64,000 bases of DNA from sequence record MT533174.1, one strand, 5' to 3'. How positions within the stretch are numbered: the first letter of the stretch is position 1; the number at the start of each line of letters is the position of its first letter. This document shows positions 20,883 to 28,827 of the stretch, piece by piece. The translations under genes and the position numbers were made by a program. The notes under the pieces were generated by a model. It was not told the DNA's origin. It saw nothing but the letters and a program-made list of their open reading frames with translations, and searched no databases. This DNA is from Escherichia phage CJ20.

Positions 20883-21161
20883 ATGAAAACTTATCAAGAA
20901 TTTATTAACGAATCAATTAGTCACCCGGATATGCTGGAAGACCTGAAAGGACATCTGATGGTTAAGGCCAAACCGGTTGATGGTGGCGCATTTGAGTTGT
21001 TTCTTGTTAAAGGCGAAAACGGTCCTGATAACAAGAAAGTTTCAGCAATGATGTTGACTAAAGGTTACAAAGTCAGTTCTTCCTGGAATGCTCCATTCAC
21101 TTACGCGGTAAGCCCTCGTGAACTGAAAAAAGTTAAAGCTGGACAATATACAAAAATTTAG
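20883..21161 (+). CDS. internal-protein-like small protein (MKTYQEFINES)
   Basis: Capsid-targeting-like N-terminus. Confidence 0.6.
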   Translation: MKTYQEFINESISHPDMLEDLKGHLMVKAKPVDGGAFELFLVKGENGPDNKKVSAMMLTKGYKVSSSWNAPFTYAVSPRELKKVKAGQYTKI

Positions 21162-21190
21162 TGTACGTGATGGGATAGTTGTAGTATGAT
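21161..21190 (+). promoter_or_regulatory. early-promoter-like element (GTGTAC, 18 bp, TATGAT)
   Basis: Same architecture as the 20828 element; followed by the leader CATCAACTACTGAGGAGAATAAAATG. Confidence 0.45.
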
Positions 21191-21218
21191 TATCTCATCA
21201 ACTACTGAGGAGAATAAA

Positions 21219-21404
21219 ATGAAACGTTGCGAATTAATTAGAAATGTTACTGCCCTTGTTGCTGTTACCACTTTTGGTTTTAGCATGTTTGCTGGCTTTA
21301 TGTTGAATATGCTTTCAACTTCTGAGAATATAATCTCTTTAGTAGTTGCATTTTTAATTGGTTCAATCTCTTTCGTTATGGATAAAATCTCTAAAGGTGA
21401 GTAA
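21219..21404 (+). CDS. small hydrophobic membrane protein
   Basis: 61 aa from the ATG after GAGGAGA; two hydrophobic segments. Confidence 0.5.
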   Translation: MKRCELIRNVTALVAVTTFGFSMFAGFMLNMLSTSENIISLVVAFLIGSISFVMDKISKGE

Positions 21405-21405
21405 A

Positions 21406-21786
21406 ATGTATAAAGTGTATGCGGATTATCAGGCAAATCCATCTGAAAAACCAGATTGCCAAATTGGGTGGGCGCATGACACCCTGCTTGAAGCGGTAGA
21501 TGAAGCTCAAAAATTAGGGTATAGTTATGTGGATATTGTTCAACCTGGTGGAACAGTTATTACTCTTGAAGAATTCAAGAATATCAAAACAAACTTTTTA
21601 CTCTTTGCTGGCGATAACTATTATCCTCGTGGCGGTTATGCTGACTTAATTGCAAAAGCGGCGACTGAAGATGAACTGCGTGATATCATTAAAGAAAACG
21701 AGAAGAAGCCTTGTTATGGTTCCAACCGTTTTGACTGGTGGCAGATTGTTAATGCCAATACACATACTATTGTTGATGAGGGCTGA
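21406..21786 (+). CDS. hypothetical protein
   Basis: 126-aa ORF starting MYKVYADY; no recognised domain. Confidence 0.55.
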   Translation: MYKVYADYQANPSEKPDCQIGWAHDTLLEAVDEAQKLGYSYVDIVQPGGTVITLEEFKNIKTNFLLFAGDNYYPRGGYADLIAKAATEDELRDIIKENEKKPCYGSNRFDWWQIVNANTHTIVDEG

Positions 21787-21788
21787 TT

Positions 21789-22265
21789 ATGAATATTAAA
21801 TTTGGTCAGACCATCCCTAAAGGTTATGTGATTGAAATTGAAACCTGGGAAAATGATGGTGACAACTATAAAACCCAAACGGTATTTGGCGTAGAAGAAC
21901 AAGAAATCCAACAGTACAAATATATCCTGGAACTTTTCCATGGTTCACATTGTAACAACCGCAATAAATGTGGTAATTCAGAATGGGATGTGGTTAAACA
22001 CTTGGTTATCGCCCACATTGCATCTGGTGTAAAATCTGGGCAGTTGACTTATGAATTTTTGGATAAAGTTCTTGGTATTGCAGATTTGGAAGCCTTGTTG
22101 AATGACGATGATGAAGAATACTACCTGAATGAAGCTCTGACTGAACTTTTAGGTATGGCTTGCGAATATGATGGCGATTTCATGCGTGTAATTTCTTATG
22201 TTAAGCTATATATAATCGAAGAAGAAATCCGAATCCCATCTGTTAAAGCGCTTGACATGCTTTAA
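21789..22265 (+). CDS. hypothetical protein
   Basis: 158-aa ORF; acidic; no recognised domain. Confidence 0.55.
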   Translation: MNIKFGQTIPKGYVIEIETWENDGDNYKTQTVFGVEEQEIQQYKYILELFHGSHCNNRNKCGNSEWDVVKHLVIAHIASGVKSGQLTYEFLDKVLGIADLEALLNDDDEEYYLNEALTELLGMACEYDGDFMRVISYVKLYIIEEEIRIPSVKALDML

Positions 22266-22303
22266 CAAAAACGCGTTATTATTAATAAGTACCCTCTATT
22301 ACC

Positions 22304-22330
22304 AAAGGTTCTTCCCTCAAAGAACCTTTC
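22304..22330 (+). other. inverted repeat / RNA stem-loop (AAAGGTTCTT...AAGAACCTTT)
   Basis: 10-bp perfect inverted repeat in the intergenic region after the 21789 gene; no U-run follows. Confidence 0.4.
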
Positions 22331-22386
22331 ATAATAGCATGTGCTATTAATCAAACTTACTTTACTTAATTTTATTTGAGGTGTTT

Positions 22387-22656
22387 ATGTTAGTATTAAA
22401 ATTAGCTTTTTATGACCCTAAAACAAAGACAACCACTACCAAACGTTGCTCTATTTCGTATGAGTGTCAATTTGGCGAAATTCAGCATCCAACAGGCGAA
22501 ACTTTTATGTCAATTGGTTGTTCAACATTCAATAAAGTCAAATTAATCCCGTTGGTTAATACGGCGGCTTATCTGGTTGCACCAGAAGAAATGACTTATC
22601 ATACAATTCAGCATATGGTTAAAGATGATAATGCTCCCGCTGGATTTGTAATTTAA
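22387..22656 (+). CDS. hypothetical protein
   Basis: ORF immediately upstream of the tRNA genes. Confidence 0.5.
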   Translation: MLVLKLAFYDPKTKTTTTKRCSISYECQFGEIQHPTGETFMSIGCSTFNKVKLIPLVNTAAYLVAPEEMTYHTIQHMVKDDNAPAGFVI

Positions 22657-22661
22657 TTTTA

Positions 22662-22735
22662 GGCCCTGTAGCTCAATTGGTTAGAGCATCCGGCTCATAA
22701 CTGGCAGGTTTCCGGTTCAAGTCCGGATGGGGCCA
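22662..22735 (+). tRNA. tRNA with CAT anticodon (Met or Ile2-type)
   Basis: Manual fold: D-arm GCTC/GAGC, anticodon loop CTCATAA, T-arm TCCGG-TTCAAGT-CCGGA, 7-bp acceptor stem with two G-U pairs; T4 encodes a CAU-anticodon tRNA-Ile. Confidence 0.7.
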
Positions 22736-22737
22736 CC

Positions 22738-22814
22738 CGGGGTGTAGCTTAATTGTATAGAGCAACGGTCTTCTAAACCGTAGGTTGTGGGTTAGAATCC
22801 CGCCACCCCGACCA
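22738..22814 (+). tRNA. tRNA-Arg (TCT anticodon)
   Basis: Manual fold: acceptor CGGGGTG/CACCCCG, anticodon stem ACGGT/ACCGT with loop CTTCTAA, T-arm GTGGG-TTAGAAT-CCCGC, encoded CCA; T4 also encodes tRNA-Arg(UCU). Confidence 0.8.
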
Positions 22815-22829
22815 ATTACTGAGGATATT

Positions 22830-23069
22830 ATGGTTATTAGTGAATCATATGCAGTTATGGATATAACCAGCAACGAGCTGGTTTATAGCTTTGATGAGTT
22901 TGATGAAAATGATAAACAAGTCCCATGGTTTGCATTAACTGCTCCACCTGAGCATAATAAATATCTAAGTTTCCCGACACGTAGATTAGCAGCAAATTTT
23001 ATGGAATTCAATGACCTTGATTCCAATTATAAGGTTGTTAAAGTCAAATTAGCTATTACAATTGAATGA
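22830..23069 (+). CDS. hypothetical protein
   Basis: 79 aa from the ATG at 22830 after GAGGA; the upstream part of the track ORF overlaps the tRNA. Confidence 0.5.
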   Translation: MVISESYAVMDITSNELVYSFDEFDENDKQVPWFALTAPPEHNKYLSFPTRRLAANFMEFNDLDSNYKVVKVKLAITIE

Positions 23070-23368
23070 GAAACCGGGTCGCTACCGGTAAGTCGTCGGA
23101 CTGATGTTCCCTGCGTAAGGACTGGTCTTAATAAATCTTTACGATTTGTTAATATCCCCTTACATCACAGCAGAAACGGCGCACAGAATTATCGATTCGA
23201 GGAAATATCTTTGCCGTAAGCCGAGTAGCGTTTTTGACGGAACGTTCGGATATGGTCGAGATATGGCCTTTTAAAAATATTGAGTAGCGTCAACTGCTTA
23301 ATAACCGGGTTCGAATCCCGGCGTTTCGTACAAACACTTGCCTTGCAGGTGGAACCCCGACAAGGTAT
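23070..23368 (+). ncRNA. possible stable small RNA(s) downstream of the tRNAs (position of T4 RNA C / RNA D)
   Basis: About 300 bp without a convincing ORF start; contains a tRNA T-arm-like CCGGGTTCGAATCCCGG; ends at a terminator hairpin; T4 has stable RNAs in the equivalent place. Confidence 0.3.
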
Positions 23369-23397
23369 AGCCCCTTCCGAAAGGTTGGGGCTTTTTT
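23369..23397 (+). terminator. rho-independent terminator
   Basis: GCCCC...GGGGC stem followed by TTTTTT. Confidence 0.6.
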
Positions 23398-23420
23398 ATA
23401 AATCAACTAAAGAGAAACGT

Positions 23421-23975
23421 ATGAAACTGTTAAAATATTTGAGTTGGATTCTGTTAGTTCCGCTGGATTTTATCTCCATGATTCTGGCCGTTATCCTGGC
23501 TCCATTTGTAGTTCCGTTCCATAATAAAAAGACTGGTAAACTTCCGTTTGGGTTTGATTGGATGATGACTTATGATAATCCGATTGATGGTGACCGGGGT
23601 CATGTCAAACGTTGGTCAAAAATCCGAAAATGGCCATTAGGTGTTTACTTCCAACGAGTAGCCTGGCTCTGGCGAAACAAAGCATACAATTTTGCTTACC
23701 ACAAGCTCGGCCGTGATTGCAATTCAGAATTCCATTATAAAGGTAATCCTGATGTCGAATCTGGTTCCCCGGATAAAGCTCATCACGGTTGGCTCTTTAT
23801 GTGGACGGACAATGCCTGGGGTGTTTTTGCTTCTGTTCCTTATCTTAAGGTCGGTGGAATCACCTTTTATCTGCGTGTTTATTGTGGCTGGAAGCTCAAG
23901 AGTCTTCTGTCCCGACCTATCCCTAAGGCTATGCTCGCCTTCCATATAAATCCGTTCCGCTTTTATAAGAACTAA
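23421..23975 (+). CDS. hypothetical membrane-anchored protein
   Basis: 184 aa from the ATG after AAAGAGAAA; N-terminal hydrophobic helix; the track ORF's 5' extension overlaps the RNA region and is rejected. Confidence 0.6.
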   Translation: MKLLKYLSWILLVPLDFISMILAVILAPFVVPFHNKKTGKLPFGFDWMMTYDNPIDGDRGHVKRWSKIRKWPLGVYFQRVAWLWRNKAYNFAYHKLGRDCNSEFHYKGNPDVESGSPDKAHHGWLFMWTDNAWGVFASVPYLKVGGITFYLRVYCGWKLKSLLSRPIPKAMLAFHINPFRFYKN

Positions 23976-23976
23976 C

Positions 23977-23999
23977 AGCCCGCATTGCGGGCTTTTTTA
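23977..23999 (+). terminator. rho-independent terminator
   Basis: AGCCCGC-ATT-GCGGGCT hairpin followed by TTTTTT. Confidence 0.7.
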
Positions 24000-24035
24000 T
24001 ACCCTGAATAAATTTGAAATTTTCTTCAAAAAGTA

Positions 24036-24065
24036 GTGTACATCCGAATTGACCGGGTGCATAAT
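24036..24065 (+). promoter_or_regulatory. early-promoter-like element (GTGTAC, 18 bp, CATAAT) with conserved leader
   Basis: Followed by the leader GATTCCATACTGAGTTA...GGAGAAATAAAATG that recurs at 24573, 24945, 25478, 44478 and 45061. Confidence 0.45.
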
Positions 24066-24116
24066 GATTCCATACTGAGTTACACACTGAATCAAACAAA
24101 ACTTTGGAGAAATAAA

Positions 24117-24542
24117 ATGAACTTTCTGACCCTGACCTCTGCATTCTCTGTTACCCGCATCACTAACAAAATGGTTGCTGACGAAGTATGTGAAATCTGC
24201 ATTCGTGAAGATGCACTTATTCATCTGACTTCAACCCAGATTGTTGCCATCGCCAAGTCCCTTAATTCTGAACTGAAGGTAAACACCAAACAGTCAAAAG
24301 AATCTATCATTGAATTAATCCAAGCTGAAATGATTGAATTTCCAATTGAAGAAGTTAAAGAAGAAAAAATCCAGTCCAAATCTGGTAACGCTCGTGACAT
24401 TTGCTTCCAGGCATTTGCAGAAATTGATATGAATGATAATGCAGCTCGCCGCGCTCTGATTGATGTTCTGGTTACCACCCATGATATCAAAAAGACTGTT
24501 GTTCAGTCATATGCATCCAACTTCCGCAAAGCTCAAAAATAA
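24117..24542 (+). CDS. hypothetical protein, paralog family A (shared C-terminal module ending SYASNFRK)
   Basis: 141 aa; C-terminal 50 residues are paralogous to the C-terminus of the 24995 ORF. Confidence 0.6.
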   Translation: MNFLTLTSAFSVTRITNKMVADEVCEICIREDALIHLTSTQIVAIAKSLNSELKVNTKQSKESIIELIQAEMIEFPIEEVKEEKIQSKSGNARDICFQAFAEIDMNDNAARRALIDVLVTTHDIKKTVVQSYASNFRKAQK

Positions 24543-24553
24543 TTGAGAAAAGT

Positions 24554-24583
24554 GTTTTACTTCCAGGTGGGATAGTGTATAAT
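24554..24583 (+). promoter_or_regulatory. early promoter-like (GTTTTAC, 17 bp, TATAAT within palindrome GGGATAGTGTATAATTATCCC)
   Basis: T4-early-type -35/-10 spacing; the palindrome occurs in reverse-complement orientation at 34868. Confidence 0.5.
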
Positions 24584-24624
24584 TATCCCATACTGAGTTA
24601 ACAAATAAAACACTGGAGAATAAA

Positions 24625-24921
24625 ATGTTCAACGCACCTGCATGGCACGCTACCCAAGCTCAAGAAGAAAACAAAGCAATCATTTCTGCTAAAATTGAAG
24701 CTCAACTGAATGAATTGTGTGAAACTGCTTCTGAAGAAGTTGTTGCAATCATCAAACAGTATCCTGCATCCAACTACTCCCTGGCATGCATCAAAACAGA
24801 AATGGTTAACTTGTGGCGTAAGAACAAGAAAACTTTCTTGGGTATGCAGTACCAAGCAATCGCGTCTGCAGTAGTAAACATGTATGACTTTGAAGTTTAT
24901 TTCCCAACTTCTGAAAATTAA
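24625..24921 (+). CDS. hypothetical protein
   Basis: 98-aa ORF behind the conserved leader. Confidence 0.55.
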   Translation: MFNAPAWHATQAQEENKAIISAKIEAQLNELCETASEEVVAIIKQYPASNYSLACIKTEMVNLWRKNKKTFLGMQYQAIASAVVNMYDFEVYFPTSEN

Positions 24922-24994
24922 TGTGTACTTTGGAATTTAACTAAGACATAATGATTCCATACTGAGTTAACAAATAAACAAACGGGATAATAAA

Positions 24995-25438
24995 ATGAAA
25001 ACTTCAAAACTGGTTAAGTATGTTAAACTGGCATTAAACAACTCTTCTGAAGCTGAAGCACAATCCGCAGCACGTATGTTCTTCAAACGTCTGACAGCTG
25101 AAGGTATTTCATTTAACCCGGCAGTATTTGGTATCACTCGTGGCGAAGCTGCTAAACTGGCAACACTGGCAGGTAAAATTTTTAAAGGTCTGAATGATGG
25201 ACAGGTTAAACCAGAAGTTAAACCTACTCCTAAGACTGAACCAAAAGCTGAACGTAAGGCACCTAAACGCTCCGGTATGAGCAACAAAGATTTATGCTAT
25301 GATATGTTCAAAACTGTTAATATGTCTAATGGTGCTGCTCGCAGAGCTGTTATTGATATGATTGTGCGTGAGTTTGGATTCAACAAAGCATCAGTTCAGT
25401 CTTATGCTTCCAACTTCCGCAAAGAATTTGAAATTTAA
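24995..25438 (+). CDS. hypothetical protein, paralog family A
   Basis: 147 aa; C-terminal module GAARRAVIDMIVREFGFNKASVQSYASNFRKEF parallels the 24117 ORF. Confidence 0.6.
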   Translation: MKTSKLVKYVKLALNNSSEAEAQSAARMFFKRLTAEGISFNPAVFGITRGEAAKLATLAGKIFKGLNDGQVKPEVKPTPKTEPKAERKAPKRSGMSNKDLCYDMFKTVNMSNGAARRAVIDMIVREFGFNKASVQSYASNFRKEFEI

Positions 25439-25522
25439 TTCAAAAAGGGGGGTATACAAGCCCCCTGCTTTAAGGCATAATGATTCCATACTGAGTTACA
25501 CAATAAAACACTGGAGAATAAA

Positions 25523-25828
25523 ATGAAATTCATCATCAACCTGGCGCTTGTTGACTTTGATAAAACTGGTAATTTCGCATCTGCTGAAAATATGATTCGT
25601 AACACCAAGTTTAAAGTGCAAGTTCAACAGGCGGTAGCAAAAGAGTTCTTTACTGATAAATTAACTAACGTTGTCAATCACCTGAATGTGCAAGTTAAAT
25701 TTACTCGTGAAGCAGAAACTACTGTTGCATTTGATTTTGACTGCCAATACCATGATGAATATGTTCGCCGTATCCTGGATATTGTGTCTGATGAACTGTA
25801 TTATGGTGTGCAGGAAAACAAAATCTAA
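25523..25828 (+). CDS. hypothetical protein
   Basis: 101-aa ORF behind the conserved leader. Confidence 0.55.
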   Translation: MKFIINLALVDFDKTGNFASAENMIRNTKFKVQVQQAVAKEFFTDKLTNVVNHLNVQVKFTREAETTVAFDFDCQYHDEYVRRILDIVSDELYYGVQENKI

Positions 25829-25904
25829 ATCAGTGTACGCTTTAATGGGAACATGATAGTATGTTCCCTGGATAATAAAACATTAACCAACTGAAGGAAA
25901 TACC

Positions 25905-26498
25905 ATGAATACTTTAAAGAAAATTGTTGAATTCATCCGCTCCAAACTGGGTACTGCAATGGCAAAAAACCTGTCTATTGAAGACCAATATACTCAAGCG
26001 GCTTCTACCCTGATTGACAAGATTACTGAGCTCCAGACTGCCCACGTTAAGTCTATTAATGAAGAAAAACGCATCCGCGAGTTGGCGAATGAAAAAGACC
26101 AACTGGCAGCTTCAAAAGAGCGTGAAATCCGCAAACTGATTGCTGATGGTGCGGATGTCCAGGTCCATGCTAAACTGGGTCTCCTGTATCGCCGCACCGC
26201 TAAACAACTTCGTAAGAAGGCAGATGATTATGTTGAAATGCGTAATGAAATTAAATTGAAAGTTAAAGAGCTGGATGACTCTCGTCAGGAACTAGCTGTT
26301 AAACTGGAATACATCCGCGAAACCCGTAAAGTATCTGCTCTGGGTATTGCGACCGCAGATGATGTTGTTGAAATCGCTGCATTGACTAAGATTGATATTG
26401 AAGACACTCTGATGCGTGTTGAAACCTTCAAAGGTCCACAGGTTGGTGTGGATACCACGTCCGCTGACATTGAAGAATACATCAATTCACTTAAGTAA
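25905..26498 (+). CDS. hypothetical coiled-coil protein
   Basis: 197 aa; heptad-like charged helices. Confidence 0.55.
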   Translation: MNTLKKIVEFIRSKLGTAMAKNLSIEDQYTQAASTLIDKITELQTAHVKSINEEKRIRELANEKDQLAASKEREIRKLIADGADVQVHAKLGLLYRRTAKQLRKKADDYVEMRNEIKLKVKELDDSRQELAVKLEYIRETRKVSALGIATADDVVEIAALTKIDIEDTLMRVETFKGPQVGVDTTSADIEEYINSLK

Positions 26499-26502
26499 GA
26501 TA

Positions 26503-26520
26503 AAGGGGGCTTTGCCCCCT
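26503..26520 (+). other. GC-rich hairpin (AAGGGGGC-TTT-GCCCCCT)
   Basis: Perfect stem directly after the stop of the 25905 ORF; no clear U-run. Confidence 0.4.
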
Positions 26521-26540
26521 AATTGGGAGAGGAGAAAATT

Positions 26541-27095
26541 ATGAGCTTATATACTGACCTTATATCAAATGTAGACTGGTTTGGCGGTAGTGGTCTTGCT
26601 ACTGAAACTAATACAGTTCTTTATAGAATCCGCGGTGATTTGGGTTATTCCAATGATTTCTTAAGAAGAACGACAAGTCGCGGTGATACTACAAAATTGC
26701 CTTTTATTTTTGCTTTAGCTGAAGACCTTTCTTTTGCAGATGCCTTGGAAATTATTGATGTAAATCTGGGTATTCAACGAGTGGAATTCGCTGGACTACG
26801 TTATTCAGTATATGCTTTAAACGAGAGCGATGATTGTATACTTCTTAATATGGCAGATGATGATTACCATTTAGTATGTTATGTGACGCTAGAAAATGGT
26901 GATGTATTTGGAATGGTTGACCGCCGGCCAGCTTATACTGATATTAAAAATTATGATAAAGATGAGCTTACTATTTTGGCTAATGAGTACACATTAGAGA
27001 GTCGTAAACGGAAACGTAAGCTTAATCGTTTTATTGCTGAATGTCGTGAATATGCTAAAGGGGTTCATAATGCGAACGTTATATCTGCCAAGTAA
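26541..27095 (+). CDS. hypothetical protein with C-terminal FIAECR tail
   Basis: 184 aa from the ATG after GGGAGAGGAG. Confidence 0.55.
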   Translation: MSLYTDLISNVDWFGGSGLATETNTVLYRIRGDLGYSNDFLRRTTSRGDTTKLPFIFALAEDLSFADALEIIDVNLGIQRVEFAGLRYSVYALNESDDCILLNMADDDYHLVCYVTLENGDVFGMVDRRPAYTDIKNYDKDELTILANEYTLESRKRKRKLNRFIAECREYAKGVHNANVISAK

Positions 27096-27429
27096 ACCAG
27101 AAAAATTTGTATACGCAGACAAGATTGATAAAGACCTTATGCCTCCATTTGGAGCTTTGTCCATGTGCATCGTTGGGGTTATAATGATGGTGCTTTGTGG
27201 GGATATGAATATCATTAGTGTTGGAGTCGCCTGGACGCTAGTAATTGCAGCTCCTTTTATTACAGTCCTGTGTATGGTATTGATAAATGTGTGGCATCAA
27301 AATCATATGAATAAAGGTTATCGTGGGCGAGTTAAAGCGTGGGAACAAAAATGTGTTTCCCTGCAAGAAGAGCACAAAATTAAATGTGCCGAAGAATTTA
27401 TTAAGGAGGTTCGTAATGGAACGGCCTAG
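27070..27429 (+). CDS. small membrane protein (C-terminal FIKEVR)
   Basis: 119 aa from the ATG at 27070; two hydrophobic helices. Confidence 0.5.
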   Translation: MRTLYLPSKPEKFVYADKIDKDLMPPFGALSMCIVGVIMMVLCGDMNIISVGVAWTLVIAAPFITVLCMVLINVWHQNHMNKGYRGRVKAWEQKCVSLQEEHKIKCAEEFIKEVRNGTA

Positions 27430-27769
27430 TCTTGCATCACATGTTTATCAATTGGTTGAATATGATATTGGTGCCAATTTATTATTAGGGATTGTCACTG
27501 CCATGCTTGGTGGTTTGGTTGGTCTGGTAATGACCACGGTTATGGCTGCAATCGAGGGAGTCATGCCCATTGAGATGGGTTTCTTTATGATAATCGCTCC
27601 GGCTGTTGTGTCTTATTTTATCCCTGTTGTGTATGATATCTGTCACACAAATGCCGTGAATGCTCCTAGTCGGAAGAGATACGCTTCAGCAATGGCTGAG
27701 TATAATAAGTTCCTAGACAAAACAAAACGTAATGACCTTGAAACCTTTATTAAGGAATGTAAATCATGA
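27416..27769 (+). CDS. small membrane protein (C-terminal FIKECKS)
   Basis: 117 aa from the ATG after AAGGAGG; two or three hydrophobic helices. Confidence 0.55.
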   Translation: MERPSLASHVYQLVEYDIGANLLLGIVTAMLGGLVGLVMTTVMAAIEGVMPIEMGFFMIIAPAVVSYFIPVVYDICHTNAVNAPSRKRYASAMAEYNKFLDKTKRNDLETFIKECKS

Positions 27770-28056
27770 ATAAAATTGAAATTGCTATCCCCAAGTATTA
27801 TGATGAGAAATCTGCAGAAAAAGCCATCTATTCTCTTCTAAATAAGACCTCTGAAATTGAAAAACACTGTGAAGAAATCGCAGATGAATATGGTATCCAA
27901 TTCGGTACCGGTGATTATGGTTCAGGCCGCACATATTATCCTGTCGGTTATGAATGCTCCCAGTGGTTTAAAAATGAAATTGAAAACAACGGTGGTGAAG
28001 TTGAAAACGGTGTCGTTACAGTTGGTGCTTGGGTCTCCTCTTCGGCAATGTGCTAA
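27766..28056 (+). CDS. small protein, tandem paralog family B (C-terminal W-x-SS-x-x-C)
   Basis: 96 aa; ends WVSSSAMC. Confidence 0.55.
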   Translation: MNKIEIAIPKYYDEKSAEKAIYSLLNKTSEIEKHCEEIADEYGIQFGTGDYGSGRTYYPVGYECSQWFKNEIENNGGEVENGVVTVGAWVSSSAMC

Positions 28057-28065
28057 GGAAACGCT

Positions 28066-28347
28066 ATGATGAATGATTACCGTAAAAATAAAGAACTGGC
28101 TAACGCAGTAAATGACATCCATAAAGCTATTCGTCGTGCCGAGGAAATTGCAGACAAATATGAGACTCATTTTAATATATACCCTGCTCGCGGTATGGGC
28201 GGTGACTATTATTCTCCTGGCGCCTTGAAAGCTGACCTTGCCCATTGGGAAGAACATGGTCATCCTGAATGGGCTATTGTTAATACTCATGACTATACAA
28301 CTGACCTGGAAAATGGTGGTTGGGTGTCCTCCTCTTACGAATGCTAA
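28066..28347 (+). CDS. small protein, tandem paralog family B
   Basis: 93 aa; ends WVSSSYEC; EEIADKYE helix shared with the neighbour. Confidence 0.55.
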   Translation: MMNDYRKNKELANAVNDIHKAIRRAEEIADKYETHFNIYPARGMGGDYYSPGALKADLAHWEEHGHPEWAIVNTHDYTTDLENGGWVSSSYEC

Positions 28348-28356
28348 GGAAATAAA

Positions 28357-28584
28357 ATGACTGCTAAAACTGTTAAAGAAATTGAAAACCAAATCCGTGC
28401 ACTAATCTGTGAAGGTGAGCAGCTGGCCGATAAAACTGGTGAATACTTTCATGTGTATGCTGATAGTCTTCAACGATATATTCCCGCAGGTTGTCCAGAA
28501 TATGAAGAATATGACTGGATTCGCGGTGATTACGGTATCCCAGATGGTAAAGGCTTCTGGTTTAACTCCTCTATGACTTGTTAA
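28357..28584 (+). CDS. small protein, tandem paralog family B
   Basis: 75 aa; ends WFNSSMTC. Confidence 0.55.
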   Translation: MTAKTVKEIENQIRALICEGEQLADKTGEYFHVYADSLQRYIPAGCPEYEEYDWIRGDYGIPDGKGFWFNSSMTC

Positions 28585-28593
28585 GGTGATAAA

Positions 28594-28827
28594 ATGACTA
28601 CTGCTGTTGAACATGCTGAATTAGAAAAAGCTGCCCTTGAACTGGCTGCGCTGTATAAGAAAGTAAAAGATATGGCTTCTGCCCAAGATTTCGGTGTTGA
28701 GCTTGACGATTATGATGGCGAAGTCCGTCTTGAAGATTGGTTGAATAGCTCTTGTTACGGTGAAGAAGCTGGTCGTACCTTCGTTGCTCGTGCCGATGGT
28801 AAAATCTGGTACCCGAGCTCATGCTAA
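28594..28827 (+). CDS. small protein, tandem paralog family B
   Basis: 77 aa; ends WYPSSC. Confidence 0.55.
   Translation: MTTAVEHAELEKAALELAALYKKVKDMASAQDFGVELDDYDGEVRLEDWLNSSCYGEEAGRTFVARADGKIWYPSSC

Noticed and set aside
23280-23420. 5' extension of the track ORF 23280-23975
   Set aside because: The extension runs through the tRNA-like and terminator sequences of the stable-RNA region. The ATG at 23421 with an upstream AAAGAGAAA is the credible start.
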